The position numbers and the translations under genes were made by a program. This document shows positions 48,316-59,123 of a stretch of DNA of 64,000 bases, one piece after another. Below the pieces are notes generated by a model. The model saw only the letters and a program-made list of their open reading frames with translations, did not search any database and was not told the DNA's origin. The stretch comes from Nitrospirota bacterium (GTDB taxonomy: Bacteria; Nitrospinota_A; UBA7883; JACRGQ01): the NCBI GenBank assembly GCA_024275955.1, contig JAJRYD010000007.1, forward strand, positions 187 to 64,186. The letters run 5' to 3'. Position 1 is the stretch's first letter, and each line of letters begins with the position of its first letter.

Positions 48316-48370
48316 CTTAACAGCCCCTTATAGTATTACCCAGCACCCTTCGCCTATTATTCTATTCTAT

Positions 48371-48388
48371 TTGTGAAATATTTCAAAT
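48371..48388. promoter_or_regulatory. Rex- or CRP/FNR-like palindromic operator
   Basis: TTGTGAA-ATAT-TTCAAAT matches the Rex consensus TTGTGAA-N4-TTCACAA at 12 of 14; 55 nt upstream of the cytochrome start. Confidence 0.5.
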
Positions 48389-48585
48389 ACAAAGCGGCAG
48401 GGATGGCGCAAAGGTACAAAGCCCAAGTTTTTTGAGTTGAGCGTGAATGGTTTGGTGGTAAAGAAGCTAGAGCCAGAGAAACTTATTCCAAAAGAGAGAA
48501 GATTTGTTTTCTCAAGGACGCGGTACCTAGCAGAGAATTATCAAAGGAAAAGGAGATTGTGGAATATTACTCCGGCAAGCTGTGA

Positions 48586-48954
48586 TTAGTCTTTAAGGTG
48601 AAAATGAATCCGTTTGACAAGATCCTCAAGATCTACAGGTTTGCTGAAAACCGCGTCCGCGCCAGCGGCGAGGAGCTTTTCGTCCATCTTTTCAACAGCG
48701 ATGGCGGTTATGATTATTATTTTCACATTGGGGTTTATCTCTTTAATAAGCTTTAGCGCGTGGTATCCATCAAGCCACGGCATCCTCATATCGAGCGTTA
48801 CGGCATCCGGCGGGTTATCTTTTATCATGTCCAATGCCTGCTCCCCGTTGGTAGTAAAGCTCGCATCGAAACCAGCTTTATCTAGGTATGCCTTTAGACT
48901 TTTGCAAAAATCGTATTCGTCGTCGACTATTAAAACCTTGCGCTTATCTTCCAT
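48586..48954 (-). CDS. single-domain response regulator (CheY-like)
   Basis: VLIVDDE, TLDMRMP, IITA, KPV; GGAGG RBS at 48962-48966. Confidence 0.93.
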   Translation of the reverse strand: MEDKRKVLIVDDEYDFCKSLKAYLDKAGFDASFTTNGEQALDMIKDNPPDAVTLDMRMPWLDGYHALKLIKEINPNVKIIIITAIAVEKMDEKLLAAGADAVFSKPVDLEDLVKRIHFHLKD

Positions 48955-49034
48955 ATCGTAACCTCCGTCCACCGATAATAACATAGATACCGATATATCA
49001 ACCTTCCTCACGACACAAAACAGCTGATTTTTCT

Positions 49035-50492
49035 TTAGGCTCCCGCTGGCAGAATAATGGTAAATTCCGCGCCGTGGTCGTCTCTGTTTCCGGCGCTTAT
49101 AGTTCCGCCTAGGTTCTCGATTATAGAATGAACCAACGACAACCCAAGGCCAGTACCGTCTCCGGGATCTTTTGTACTGAAAAACGGGTCAAAAACCTTG
49201 CCGATAATATCGTCTGGAATACCATGTCCGTTATCGGAAAAGATAATAGAGATATCTTTGCCGAGGTTTTTCGTCTTTACCGTGATTTTGCTTTTAACTT
49301 GTCCTTTAAGAGCGTCGCGGGAGTTATTAAGCAGGTTGAGAAAAACCTGCGCTATCTGGTCTTCATCGCCTCTTGCCATCGGCAGGTTTTTGGCGTAATC
49401 CCTCACTATCCTAATATTGTCAAGGCTGAGGTCGTGCTCAATAAGGGTCGCGGTTTTATCGAAAAGTTCATGGATGTCAAAATTGGTAATTTCCGCTTTT
49501 TTCCGGTGAGCGAACATCCGCAGATTGTTTGTTATTTTGGTAGCTCTCTTAACCTGTTTCATAATTATGCCGAGGTTCTCTCTCATATCCGGCGTAAGTT
49601 TGTCCAGTTTCATTACCTGTACCATAGTGCTTATGATGTTAAGAGGGTTTAATATCTCATGGGCTACCCCTGCAGAAAGCGTGCCTATAGAGGCAAGCTT
49701 TTCAGTTCTGACAAGGAGCCTTTGTGCCGCGTCTGCCTGCGCAATTACCGTTTTTAGTTCCTCGTTCCGGCTTTCAAGCTCCCAAAAAAGCGGGTTACTT
49801 AGCCTGACGAAAAGCATGGAGCCTGCAACCGTAAAGATAAACCCCAGTGCCAAAGCTCCTGCCACCGCTTTTTTAAAAGGGTCGTATATTCTTCCCATCT
49901 CTATTTTTGTCACGATGCCAACCGTGTAGCCGGGCCAATCGACAGGCTGGTAGGCAGTCAATGCCTTAATACCGAAATTATCAAGTGCTACCATTGTTCC
50001 TCTTTTTCCCAAAAGAGCCATCTGCATAGGTTTGGCAAGGCTACTGCCCATTTTAATAATTTCGGGCGGTTTTTTGTACTCCTGCTGGTTAGTATGTTCA
50101 AGGAGAAACTCCATCTTCCCTTCTTTTAGCAGTGCCAGGCTCATATCTGTAATACGCTTCACACCGATGTGATCATCTTTATGATGCTCCCTAATCTGAG
50201 ACAATGTGGCGTTAAATGATTTTTGAGGGTCGCCTTCAACTGCATGCTTAGTATTAAATTTTGCTACTGTTTCTATAAAATGCGCGAGGCTTCGCGTGTT
50301 TTTGGAAAGTGTTTCCACATAATGGTCGTACACGGAGCGGTAAAACAGCAGTAAAGAAACAGATATGACGGAAAGAACGACAACTGTCATAACAATAAGA
50401 AGGTATTTCAGCCTTTCGCGGCCGATCTCTTTTTTCATTCTCTTTTCACTCTTACCCTCTAATATTTTTACGGTTTCCCTGCTGTAAACCAC
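49035..50492 (-). CDS. membrane-bound sensor histidine kinase (NtrB-like core)
   Basis: two TM helices, [40 protein letters not shown]. Confidence 0.94.
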   Translation of the reverse strand: MVYSRETVKILEGKSEKRMKKEIGRERLKYLLIVMTVVVLSVISVSLLLFYRSVYDHYVETLSKNTRSLAHFIETVAKFNTKHAVEGDPQKSFNATLSQIREHHKDDHIGVKRITDMSLALLKEGKMEFLLEHTNQQEYKKPPEIIKMGSSLAKPMQMALLGKRGTMVALDNFGIKALTAYQPVDWPGYTVGIVTKIEMGRIYDPFKKAVAGALALGFIFTVAGSMLFVRLSNPLFWELESRNEELKTVIAQADAAQRLLVRTEKLASIGTLSAGVAHEILNPLNIISTMVQVMKLDKLTPDMRENLGIIMKQVKRATKITNNLRMFAHRKKAEITNFDIHELFDKTATLIEHDLSLDNIRIVRDYAKNLPMARGDEDQIAQVFLNLLNNSRDALKGQVKSKITVKTKNLGKDISIIFSDNGHGIPDDIIGKVFDPFFSTKDPGDGTGLGLSLVHSIIENLGGTISAGNRDDHGAEFTIILPAGA

Positions 50493-50766
50493 TCGTGGCT
50501 GAAAAAGCTTTAATGTGTCGGCCTAAAATTAAGTTTAACCGATATTTTCCGTCCGGCATCATCTGCCCCTCTTACTCATCGCGGGGGCAAAGTAGCCTGA
50601 TACTCCATTCTATATTCTTTCCTAAATGTTTGCCGTTCGGGCGTAGAATACCGGCATAGGGTACCGGACAGCTGTTTTGCTACCTGCATATTTGCTAAAA
50701 AAATCGTGGAACAGGTTAACGACAGCTTGCTGATGCCGTAACACGAATATAAGGAACAATAACTCG

Positions 50767-53424
50767 ATGAGTAAAAAGAGACTCTTTCTGGTGGACGGCC
50801 CCGGGTTTTATTACCGTGCCTTTTTCGGGATAAAGGGAAACCTTAAAAGCCCTGACGGAACGCCGACCAACGCCGTCTACGGCTTTACCCGCATGATGGA
50901 GAACATAAGAAAGGAACAGCCGGATTTTCTTGTCATCGCGCTCGACTCGAAGGAGAGAACCTTTAGGCATGAGATGTACAAGGAGTACAAGGCTAACCGG
51001 CAGAAGATGCCGGAAGACCTTTGCGTACAGCTTCCCATTATCGAGAAGGTGATTGACGCTCTTAACCTGCCTATCTTAAAAGAGCCGGGGCTTGAAGCCG
51101 ACGACCTTATAGGGTTCGCGGCAAAGAGAGCTGTAGAGAGCGGTTTCGAGGTTCTCATTTATAGTGGCGACAAAGATATGATGCAGCTTGTCGGCGACAA
51201 CGTAAAGATGTTCGACCCATTAAAGGAAAAGCTTATAGACGCGAGTGGCGTAGAGGAAAAGTTCGGCGTTCCTCCATCGGGGGTGGTAGATATGCTTGGG
51301 CTGATGGGCGATTCTTCCGACAATATTCCCGGTGTTCCAGGGGTGGGGGCAAAGACCGCGCTAAAGCTTTTAAAAGAGTACGGCGATATGGAAAACCTTC
51401 TCGCTAACGCCTGCGAGATTAAACAGCCAAAGCTAAAGGAGTCGCTCACGAAGTTTGCCTCTCAGGCAAGGCTTAGCAGACGGCTGGCGACAGTAAAGAC
51501 CGACTTGGATATGAAACTCGATTTTGACAGCTGGAAACTGACGAAACCGAATAAGGCCAAGGCAGAAAAACTTTTCCGAGAGCTTGGCTTTAGATCTTTG
51601 GTAAACGAGAGCGAAACGGTAAGAGCTAAAAAGGGGAGATACAAAACTGTTTTGACGATAAAAGAGCTGGAGGCTTTGGCGCAAGAGCTTAAAAAAGCCA
51701 AAAGGTTCGCTGTCGATGCCGAAACTACTTCGATGGAGCCTGTAAAGGCGAGGCTTATCGGCATCTCCTTTAGCTATAAAGAAGGCGAAGGCTGTTACAT
51801 ACCAGTAGGGCATAATTACGACGGTGCCAAAGAGCAGTTGCCCAAAAGCAAAGTGATAGAGATGCTAAAGCCGTTATTGGAAGATACGAAGATTGAGAAG
51901 TATGGGCAAAATATAAAGTACGACATGATTGTGCTGGAGCGTGAGGGGGTTTACATAAACCCGCTGTCGTTCGACACGATGATAGCTTCGTACCTTTTGA
52001 ACGCCGAGGAGAGACGGCACGGCCTTTCACAGCTCGCTGACAGACTGCTTGGATACACGATGATCGAGTATTCAGACGTTGCCGGCAAGGGAGCGAAAGA
52101 GATCTCGTTCAGCAAAGTGGAGATAGGCAGAGCTACAGAGTATGCCGCGGAGGATGCCGATATAACTTTTCGTCTTACCGCTATTTTAAAAAAGAAAATT
52201 AAAAAGGAAGGTTTCCAAAAGCTTTACGATGAGATGGAGCTTCCGCTGATAAAGGTACTCGCTTCGATGGAGCGAAACGGCATAGCGATAGATGCCGGTA
52301 AGCTGGAGCGCTATTCCAAAGAGCTTGAGGAAGCTCTTGGAAAGCTGGAAAAGGAGATTTACAAAACAGCAGGAGAGGAGTTTAATATAGCTTCTCCCAA
52401 ACAGCTTGGCGTAATCCTTTTTGAAAAGCTGGGGCTAAAGGTTATAAAGAAAACCAAGAGAGGCCCGTCGACAGATCAAAAAGTTCTCGAAACCCTTTCG
52501 GAGAGCCATCCGCTACCTTTGCTGCTTCTTCGTTATAGGACGCTTGCCAAGCTGAATTCCACCTACGTTAAACCGCTTCCGGCTATGGTGTCGCCGGAGA
52601 CAGGGAGGATACATACATCGTTCAATCAGGCGATGGCGGCCACGGGACGGCTTAGTTCATCTTCTCCAAACCTTCAAAATATTCCGGTGAGAACCGAAGA
52701 GGGGAGGAAAATCCGAGAGGCGTTCCATGCGGTAAAAGGATCGTTGCTTATCTCTGCCGACTATTCGCAGATAGAGCTTAGATTGCTCGCGCACCTGAGC
52801 GGAGATAAACTGCTGACCGAATCGTTCAATAGCGATGAGGATGTGCACGCGAGGACAGCGAGGGAGCTTTTTGGCGAAATAGCCGGAGAGTCGGGCGATA
52901 TGCGGCAGATAGCCAAAGCTGTGAATTTTTCGATAATCTACGGCAAAACAGCTTTCGGCCTTTCGAGAGACCTGAAAATTTCACGCAGTGAAGCGGCTGG
53001 CTATATAGAAAACTATTTTGCGAGGTATAGCGGTGTTTTCGATTTTACTAAATCGGTAATAGAAGAGGCGAAGGCTAACGGTTTTGTTTCTACAATGGCG
53101 GGGCGCAAAAGAAACCTACCGGATATCAACTCCGCCAACAAAACGATGCGCGAAATGGCCGAGAGGATGGCGGTCAACAGTGTGGTACAGGGGTCTGCGG
53201 CGGATCTTATGAAAAAAGCGATGATTGATATTCATGCCGCCATTGAAGGGAGCGATTCGAAAATGCTTTTGCAGGTGCATGACGAGCTTATTTTCGAAGT
53301 TCCCGAAAGAGGGGCGGCAAAGCTTTCCGCTCTTGCGCGGGATATTATGGAAACTGTATGGAAGCTTTCCGTTCCGCTTAAGGTGCAGGTTAGTAGCTCC
53401 ACCCACTGGGGCAATCTTCACTAA
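50767..53424 (+). CDS. polA: DNA polymerase I
   Basis: 5'-3' exonuclease (LVDG..FYYRAF), proofreading domain (VDAET), TGRLSSSSPNLQNIP, ADYSQIELR, LLQVHDEL. Confidence 0.99.
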   Translation: MSKKRLFLVDGPGFYYRAFFGIKGNLKSPDGTPTNAVYGFTRMMENIRKEQPDFLVIALDSKERTFRHEMYKEYKANRQKMPEDLCVQLPIIEKVIDALNLPILKEPGLEADDLIGFAAKRAVESGFEVLIYSGDKDMMQLVGDNVKMFDPLKEKLIDASGVEEKFGVPPSGVVDMLGLMGDSSDNIPGVPGVGAKTALKLLKEYGDMENLLANACEIKQPKLKESLTKFASQARLSRRLATVKTDLDMKLDFDSWKLTKPNKAKAEKLFRELGFRSLVNESETVRAKKGRYKTVLTIKELEALAQELKKAKRFAVDAETTSMEPVKARLIGISFSYKEGEGCYIPVGHNYDGAKEQLPKSKVIEMLKPLLEDTKIEKYGQNIKYDMIVLEREGVYINPLSFDTMIASYLLNAEERRHGLSQLADRLLGYTMIEYSDVAGKGAKEISFSKVEIGRATEYAAEDADITFRLTAILKKKIKKEGFQKLYDEMELPLIKVLASMERNGIAIDAGKLERYSKELEEALGKLEKEIYKTAGEEFNIASPKQLGVILFEKLGLKVIKKTKRGPSTDQKVLETLSESHPLPLLLLRYRTLAKLNSTYVKPLPAMVSPETGRIHTSFNQAMAATGRLSSSSPNLQNIPVRTEEGRKIREAFHAVKGSLLISADYSQIELRLLAHLSGDKLLTESFNSDEDVHARTARELFGEIAGESGDMRQIAKAVNFSIIYGKTAFGLSRDLKISRSEAAGYIENYFARYSGVFDFTKSVIEEAKANGFVSTMAGRKRNLPDINSANKTMREMAERMAVNSVVQGSAADLMKKAMIDIHAAIEGSDSKMLLQVHDELIFEVPERGAAKLSALARDIMETVWKLSVPLKVQVSSSTHWGNLH

Positions 53425-53425
53425 A

Positions 53426-53558
53426 GGGAGCTGTTGCCAAATCCTGTAAATTTGATTTTGCCTAAAAGGTTGCCAACCGCTGAAACATCTGCCTTGAAGA
53501 AGTGAAAAGATAACTCTCTTCCTTAAAATGCTCCAAAAACTATTTCGGCAACAGATCT
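53426..53558 (+). mobile_element. MITE family 1, subtype A
   Basis: gggagctgttgccaaatcc...actatttcggcaacagatct; begins 1 nt after the polA stop. Confidence 0.75.
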
Positions 53559-53618
53559 CTAAAAGGCTATGAATTAAAGCTGTTGAAGATTGGGTTATTG
53601 TATGACAGATTACTGAGT

Positions 53619-54542
53619 ATGCGCAATGAAATAAAACAGCTGACAAAAGAGATACTACAGCTTAAAAAAGAACGAAACGCCGTAATACTTGCCCACAACT
53701 ACCAGCGTGACGAGATACAGGAGATTGCCGACCATTGCGGCGACTCTCTTGGGCTAAGCCAGATAGCGGCCCAGAGCGATGCCGACGTTATAGCTTTTTG
53801 CGGCGTACACTTTATGGCGGAAAGCGCGGCGATACTCGCTCCAGAAAAAACCGTGCTCCTTCCAAACAAAGACGCAGGATGCCCGATGGCCGACATGGTT
53901 ACGGCAGAGGGACTCAGAAAGAAAAAAAAAGAGCTGGGCAATACGCCGATAGTCACTTATGTCAATTCCTCGGCAGAGGTAAAGGCCGAATCCGACATAT
54001 GCTGTACATCGGCTAATGTGGTCTCCGTGGTAAACTCTCTTGAGGGTGACTCTGTCTACATGGTGCCTGATATGAACCTTGCGAAATTTGCCGCTACAAA
54101 AACCGACAAAAAAATAGACTGGTGGAAAGGCTTTTGCCCCACGCACCAGCTTGTAACCGGAAACGAAGCGAAAAAAGTAAAAGCCGATAACAAAGGCGCG
54201 CCGCTTGTCGCGCACCCTGAATGCAGACCGGAAGTTCTAGAGCTAGCCGACGAAATACGAAGCACAAGCGGAATCTACAAGTTCGCGAAAGAAACTTCCG
54301 CAAAGAAAATAATAATAGGCACCGAACTCGGGATACTTTACCGGCTGAAAAAAGAAAACCCGGAAAAGGAATTTATACTCCTATCCAAAAACTTAGTATG
54401 CCCTAATATGAAAATAACAACTATGGAAGACCTGCGGGATACGTTGCGGAGCATGGAGCCTGTGATAACGGTTAGAGAGCCTATCCTTTCCCGTGCAAGA
54501 AAAGCGCTCGACAGGATGCTGGCCGTCCCGCGCGACCGCTGA
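53619..54542 (+). CDS. nadA: quinolinate synthase A
   Basis: [42 protein letters not shown]. Confidence 0.97.
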   Translation: MRNEIKQLTKEILQLKKERNAVILAHNYQRDEIQEIADHCGDSLGLSQIAAQSDADVIAFCGVHFMAESAAILAPEKTVLLPNKDAGCPMADMVTAEGLRKKKKELGNTPIVTYVNSSAEVKAESDICCTSANVVSVVNSLEGDSVYMVPDMNLAKFAATKTDKKIDWWKGFCPTHQLVTGNEAKKVKADNKGAPLVAHPECRPEVLELADEIRSTSGIYKFAKETSAKKIIIGTELGILYRLKKENPEKEFILLSKNLVCPNMKITTMEDLRDTLRSMEPVITVREPILSRARKALDRMLAVPRDR

Positions 54543-54617
54543 TAGCAAGCCTCATATAATCGGACAAAAAAACGGATACAGCTGTTATTTGCTTCATATT
54601 CTATCCGCGTCTATTTT

Positions 54618-54746
54618 GGGACTGTTTTCAAAAGAGTTTTTTGAGCATTTCAAGGGAAAGTTCATTTTCTAACTTCTTTAAAATAGAGTCTTTAGGGATT
54701 GGTGATTTCTAGAAAAATCAAATTTATCTCATTCGGCAACAGCCCC
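54618..54746 (-). mobile_element. MITE family 1, subtype B
   Basis: gggactgttttcaaaa...ttcggcaacagcccc TIRs; closely similar to the 11494 copy. Confidence 0.8.
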
Positions 54747-55002
54747 ATTTTAGAACAAAATCTGACATTTAATAATAGACGAATGGGAAGCACCTAGTCG
54801 AAGTAGGCTCTGTCGATTCCTCAAATAACAGGCCCTGCTGACAATGATGAACAGTGTGCGAAAAAGCATGATTCGCCAACGCAAAAAAACTGCTGGCGCC
54901 AAATCGACACTAGAGTCTTCTTTTAACACTTTGTTAAATATACCGAGAACCGCTCTAGGAATGAAGAAAAAACATGCCGGCCCGAACCGTAAAAGCTAAA
55001 AA

Positions 55003-55251
55003 TCAGTTAGGCTTTTTTGACAGAAGTTCCAGCTCTTTGAATATAGACAGCATCTCATTATTATCGATGCTCTTCATAAAGCCGTCTCTTAAAACTTCTC
55101 TAAGCATCTGATATTCACCGGAAGCTTCGTTCTCCGCAAGCTTTTGAATTTTCTCCATCATCCCGTTTTCATTCCCAAGCCGGATAAAATTCAAAATCAG
55201 ATCGGTCATGTAAATTGAAAACTTTTGCTTAGACCTATCTCTTAATAGCAT
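55003..55251 (-). CDS. small helical hypothetical protein
   Basis: GGAG RBS before ATG 55251; charged helical composition. Confidence 0.55.
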   Translation of the reverse strand: MLLRDRSKQKFSIYMTDLILNFIRLGNENGMMEKIQKLAENEASGEYQMLREVLRDGFMKSIDNNEMLSIFKELELLSKKPN

Positions 55252-55424
55252 TTTTCTCCATCCTTGCTCGAGTTGCGACACCTCTTAACAAAAGTGTACG
55301 GTAAAGTGGTGCGAAAAAAACAGGCCTAACTAAAAATAAAATAACTTTTTTAATTTTAGATAAAACAGTTTTTTGAGAAAAAAGAAAAATATTTCGCACA
55401 AATATAGGAAAGCTATTATAAACT

Positions 55425-56216
55425 TTAGCCGGTACTGTGCGAAAAATTCTGCGCATTTATAGCCGACCCTATAGCTCCGTTGAACGTCGGATTTTCAGGA
55501 ACAACAACTTCCCCGTCTACGCGGCTAGCGATAAATTCGACAACTGCTTTATTTCTCGCAACACCGCCGGTGATTACATATTTCTTCGATTTGTATCTTG
55601 TAAGCATCGTTGCTACCCGTCTCGCCACAGAGAGATTTGCTCCGGCGCAAATACTTTCCATCTTCACTCCCTCGGCAAGCCTGCCTATCACTTCCGATTC
55701 GCCGAATATAGCACAGGTAGCAGAAAGCTCCACAGGCTCTTCCCTATAAGCGGCAAGTTCTTCCGGTGTAACTTTGAGCATGTTGGCAATATTTTCAAGA
55801 TATCTGCCGCTACCGGCGGCGCATTTGTCGTTCATAGTGAAATCAACCACCCTGCCGCCCTCTACTTTGCTCGCCTTTGTATCCTGCCCCCCAAGGTCTA
55901 TCATGGTGAAGTCTAAAAGCTTTGTCTGAAAAACCGCTCCGTTTACATGCGCGCGTATTTCCGAGATAACCTCGGCTCCTTTTATGCTTATGTTGTACCT
56001 CCCGTAACCTGTGGCGATTACAGAATCGAAGCTCTCTGGGTCATGCCCTGAGCCGTTAAAGATATTAAGCTTAGCTATATCGAGTTCACCAGAGGCTAGC
56101 CGGCAGTTTCGGTAAAACCAGACTGTATCGACCATCTCGGTAAAAAGCGGCCTCTCGCCGTCAAACCCAGCTATTTTTAGATGTCGGCTTCCTACATCTA
56201 TGCCGAGTCTTCTCAT
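55425..56216 (-). CDS. acyl-CoA dehydratase activase (HgdC/BadG-type ASKHA ATPase)
   Basis: GIDVGS, ATGYGR, IDLGGQDTK, NDKCAAGSGRYLE, CAIFGESE, TGGVARN. Confidence 0.93.
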   Translation of the reverse strand: MRRLGIDVGSRHLKIAGFDGERPLFTEMVDTVWFYRNCRLASGELDIAKLNIFNGSGHDPESFDSVIATGYGRYNISIKGAEVISEIRAHVNGAVFQTKLLDFTMIDLGGQDTKASKVEGGRVVDFTMNDKCAAGSGRYLENIANMLKVTPEELAAYREEPVELSATCAIFGESEVIGRLAEGVKMESICAGANLSVARRVATMLTRYKSKKYVITGGVARNKAVVEFIASRVDGEVVVPENPTFNGAIGSAINAQNFSHSTG

Positions 56217-57220
56217 ACCGAAAAAGTTTCCCTATGCGAAAGCATTTCGCAAAAGCTTTCTATTCTCAGCTTGGTTCTCGCGTCAAGTTTTTGCGGTGCG
56301 TCGCCTTCTATAGTGAGAAAAGGCATTTTGGGGAAACTTTTTCTAAACATTACATCTTCCATCTGATGATGACAAAACGACTGCACATAATGGATAACGC
56401 CGTGAACTTCTCTTTTCTTTATCTCTTTTTCTATATCGTATATTCTGGCAAAAACATCATAAGGGTATGTATAAAGCGTATAGCGTTCAACAATATCATC
56501 CGAATAAGAAGGAAAAGTAAACTGTCTTTGCACTTCATTGAAAACAACCCTTGCTCCTCTTGTTTCAATAAAGTCGTAAATATCTTCGTTTATCGGCGGA
56601 ACGCCGATATAGGCAAGCCGTATAGGCTGAGGCAGAGCCTCTCTCCGACCCGCCTCATCTATAAAAGCCGAAACTTTTTTAGAAAAATTTTCAGGGTCGC
56701 CTTCCATATCCGACGCGCTTACCTGAAGAAGATGGTTTTCAAACCCACTTACCCTGTTTTCCTCCCATGTGAGACGGTCTACCTCCCAAAGTTTTCGACG
56801 GATTTCATCGAGCCTGCCCATCCATTCAACAGCGGAGGAAAATGATGTGCCTAGAAAACCAGCAAACTTTTCCATCTGTTTTTTAAGAATCGCTTTGTCC
56901 CTGTCGTAAGGGTACGCGAACGGCAAAACCTTCATGCCGCCCAAATTTAGAATTTCCAGAAGCGATCTCGTGTGGCTACAGTCGCCGTCGCTTACCGCCA
57001 CTACCGCGTCGATATTTCTAGCCTCTTTTACGGCGCCGTACATACCTTTAATCCATCCGCATGTGGTTCTCGGAAGGCCGTCTACCTCGGCCATTTCTAT
57101 AAACCCAGAAGAATTTATATCGGTTACGAAAACATTATTAAGGTCTACCGGCACAAAACCGGAAGCAAAAATAAACTCCGACGGCACAGTGGTGGTAATA
57201 CCGATTCTTTTAGATTTCAT
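56213..57220 (-). CDS. 2-hydroxyacyl-CoA dehydratase subunit-family protein
   Basis: PRTTCGWIKG, GDCSHT, QSFCHH, IEGD.P..LDARTKLRIESF; coupled to the activase. Confidence 0.85.
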   Translation of the reverse strand: MKSKRIGITTTVPSEFIFASGFVPVDLNNVFVTDINSSGFIEMAEVDGLPRTTCGWIKGMYGAVKEARNIDAVVAVSDGDCSHTRSLLEILNLGGMKVLPFAYPYDRDKAILKKQMEKFAGFLGTSFSSAVEWMGRLDEIRRKLWEVDRLTWEENRVSGFENHLLQVSASDMEGDPENFSKKVSAFIDEAGRREALPQPIRLAYIGVPPINEDIYDFIETRGARVVFNEVQRQFTFPSYSDDIVERYTLYTYPYDVFARIYDIEKEIKKREVHGVIHYVQSFCHHQMEDVMFRKSFPKMPFLTIEGDAPQKLDARTKLRIESFCEMLSHRETFSV

Positions 57221-57253
57221 AAGCGGCAGTATAACTGATACGAAGAAAAAGAG

Positions 57254-57283
57254 GAAAAACACCCGGAGCCGAACGGCCCCGGG
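57254..57283 (-). terminator. rho-independent terminator after the degP-like gene
   Basis: minus strand cccggggcc-gttc-ggctccggg followed by tgttttt. Confidence 0.65.
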
Positions 57284-57298
57284 CGGTATATGTTCCTT

Positions 57299-58765
57299 CT
57301 ATTTATCGTTTTCCGGCGGGATAACTATAAAGTTAGAACGGCCCTGCCGCTTGATTACAAAGAGAACCGCCTCGCCCTTTTTTACCTTGGCAAGTGCTTT
57401 TGAAAAAGACGGGATATCTAAAACCGGCCGACCGCCTACCTCTTCGATAATATCGCCGCGCCTTATCCCAACCTTTGCGGCGGCTCCTCTTGGGTCGACC
57501 TCAAACACCAAAATACCTTTAGTCTCTTTTAGGTTAAAGCTTCTTTGCAGTTCAGGGGTCAGCTTTCTTACGACAAGGCCAAGCTTTAGCGAACGCTCTT
57601 CAGCTTTTTTCTCTAACACCGGCTTTCCAGCCTTTTTTAAATCTCCAAGCCTCAGCTTAAACGACTTCTCTTTCCCTCTTCTTATAACCTGTACCTTTAC
57701 TTTAGTACCAGGCTTGTAAGAAGCGACAACCCGTGGAAGTGAATCGTAGCCTTCTATGCTATCACCGCCGAACTTGGTGATAATATCTCCCCGTAAAATG
57801 CCGGCTTTCTCGGCAGGGCCTCCATCAGCAACATCGCCAACGAGCGCGCCCTTGACACCATCTCCGATTTTAAGAGCTTCTTTAAGTTCCGGGGTTAGTT
57901 TTTGTATCACTACTCCAAGCCATCCCCGCTTTACTCCGCGGTTCGATTTCAAATCTTCAAGAATGTCTTTCGCCATATTTATCGGCACGGCAAAGCCTAT
58001 CCCTATATTGCCGCCGCCGCCGCCGGGAAGAATGGCGCCGTTGATGCCTATCACTTTGCCGTCGGCATTAATAAGCGGGCCACCGGAATTGCCGGGGTTT
58101 ATAGAGGCATCGGTCTGTATATAGTTGTCATACTTGCCGGCACCGATATTTCTATGTAGCGCGCTTACCACTCCCACCGTTACGGTATGGTTAAGGCCAA
58201 ACGGGTTGCCTATAGCGGTAACCCATTCACCTGCCTCAAGAAGATCGGAATCGCCCAGCTCCACAAATGGGAAATCGTCATTAGATTCGATTTTAATGAG
58301 GCCTATATCTGTTTCCGGGTCGGTGCCTATTACCTTAGCTTTATACTCTTTGCCGTTTTGCAGTTTTACCCGTATTTCATCGGCCTGAGCAACGACATGA
58401 TTATTGGTAAGTATGTAGCCTTCTTTGTCGATTATGAAGCCGGAGCCAAGAGACCTTCTAGGCATCGCCCTCCCGCCGGGACCGCCGAAAAACTTTTCTA
58501 AAAACTGTTCGTAAGGATCGCCGCCATACTGAGACGGAGGCCTTTGAGGCCTTTGCTTAGGCGTTTGGGTGGTATAGATATTCACAATCTTGGGCTTTTC
58601 CCTTTTTACTATATCAACGAAAACGTTTTGAGAAGCTGTACCGCCAGAAGCGGCAAAAACGGTATCGCCATTCCCAAAACCGGCTGGCAGAGTGCCGAGA
58701 AAAAATAACAACGCGACGGCCGAGAAAAACTTGTAGCTATCTATTGCGAGATGTCGATTCACCAA
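57299..58765 (-). CDS. DegP/DegQ (Do-family) serine endoprotease with two PDZ domains
   Basis: GSGFII, TNNHV, TDIGLIK, IQTDASINPGNSGGPL, two PDZ domains. Confidence 0.96.
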   Translation of the reverse strand: MVNRHLAIDSYKFFSAVALLFFLGTLPAGFGNGDTVFAASGGTASQNVFVDIVKREKPKIVNIYTTQTPKQRPQRPPSQYGGDPYEQFLEKFFGGPGGRAMPRRSLGSGFIIDKEGYILTNNHVVAQADEIRVKLQNGKEYKAKVIGTDPETDIGLIKIESNDDFPFVELGDSDLLEAGEWVTAIGNPFGLNHTVTVGVVSALHRNIGAGKYDNYIQTDASINPGNSGGPLINADGKVIGINGAILPGGGGGNIGIGFAVPINMAKDILEDLKSNRGVKRGWLGVVIQKLTPELKEALKIGDGVKGALVGDVADGGPAEKAGILRGDIITKFGGDSIEGYDSLPRVVASYKPGTKVKVQVIRRGKEKSFKLRLGDLKKAGKPVLEKKAEERSLKLGLVVRKLTPELQRSFNLKETKGILVFEVDPRGAAAKVGIRRGDIIEEVGGRPVLDIPSFSKALAKVKKGEAVLFVIKRQGRSNFIVIPPENDK

Positions 58766-59123
58766 ATCCTCCTGAAAAGCATTTTTAAATTACCAGCCAC
58801 TAATAGTAGCACACCATTTTGTCCGCCAATTACACCAGCAACAGACCGACTGCGTGTGCATTTCTGCCTGCGAGAAGCTCCTCACCAAACTAGATAGGAG
58901 CAGATACTATGCCAAGTGTAAACTATGCAAAAACAATAAGTTAAGCTACTTGGTAATATCTATTGATACGTTATCACCTCAAAAGCTAAAGCGCGGTGCT
59001 ACACAATCGTTTAGATTTAAAGTAACGATTTTAAAAGCTTTGTTTCCGATATTGTTTGCCGCGCCTGAGGTATTAGTCCTTTTTTTTCAAAACATATTCG
59101 TCTATTATTACCCAGCGATGATT

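Noticed and set aside
48420-48580. Purine-rich coding-like stretch on the plus strand
   Set aside because: No start codon with RBS and no motif; lies in the cytochrome promoter region.
58964-58978. FNR-like box TTGATACGTTATCAC
   Set aside because: Half-site spacing is 5 rather than 4 nt and the second half-site mismatches.
58854-59123. Long N-terminal extension of the SCO ORF
   Set aside because: The signal peptide begins at MFKRF (59124); the extension is AT-rich promoter-like sequence.
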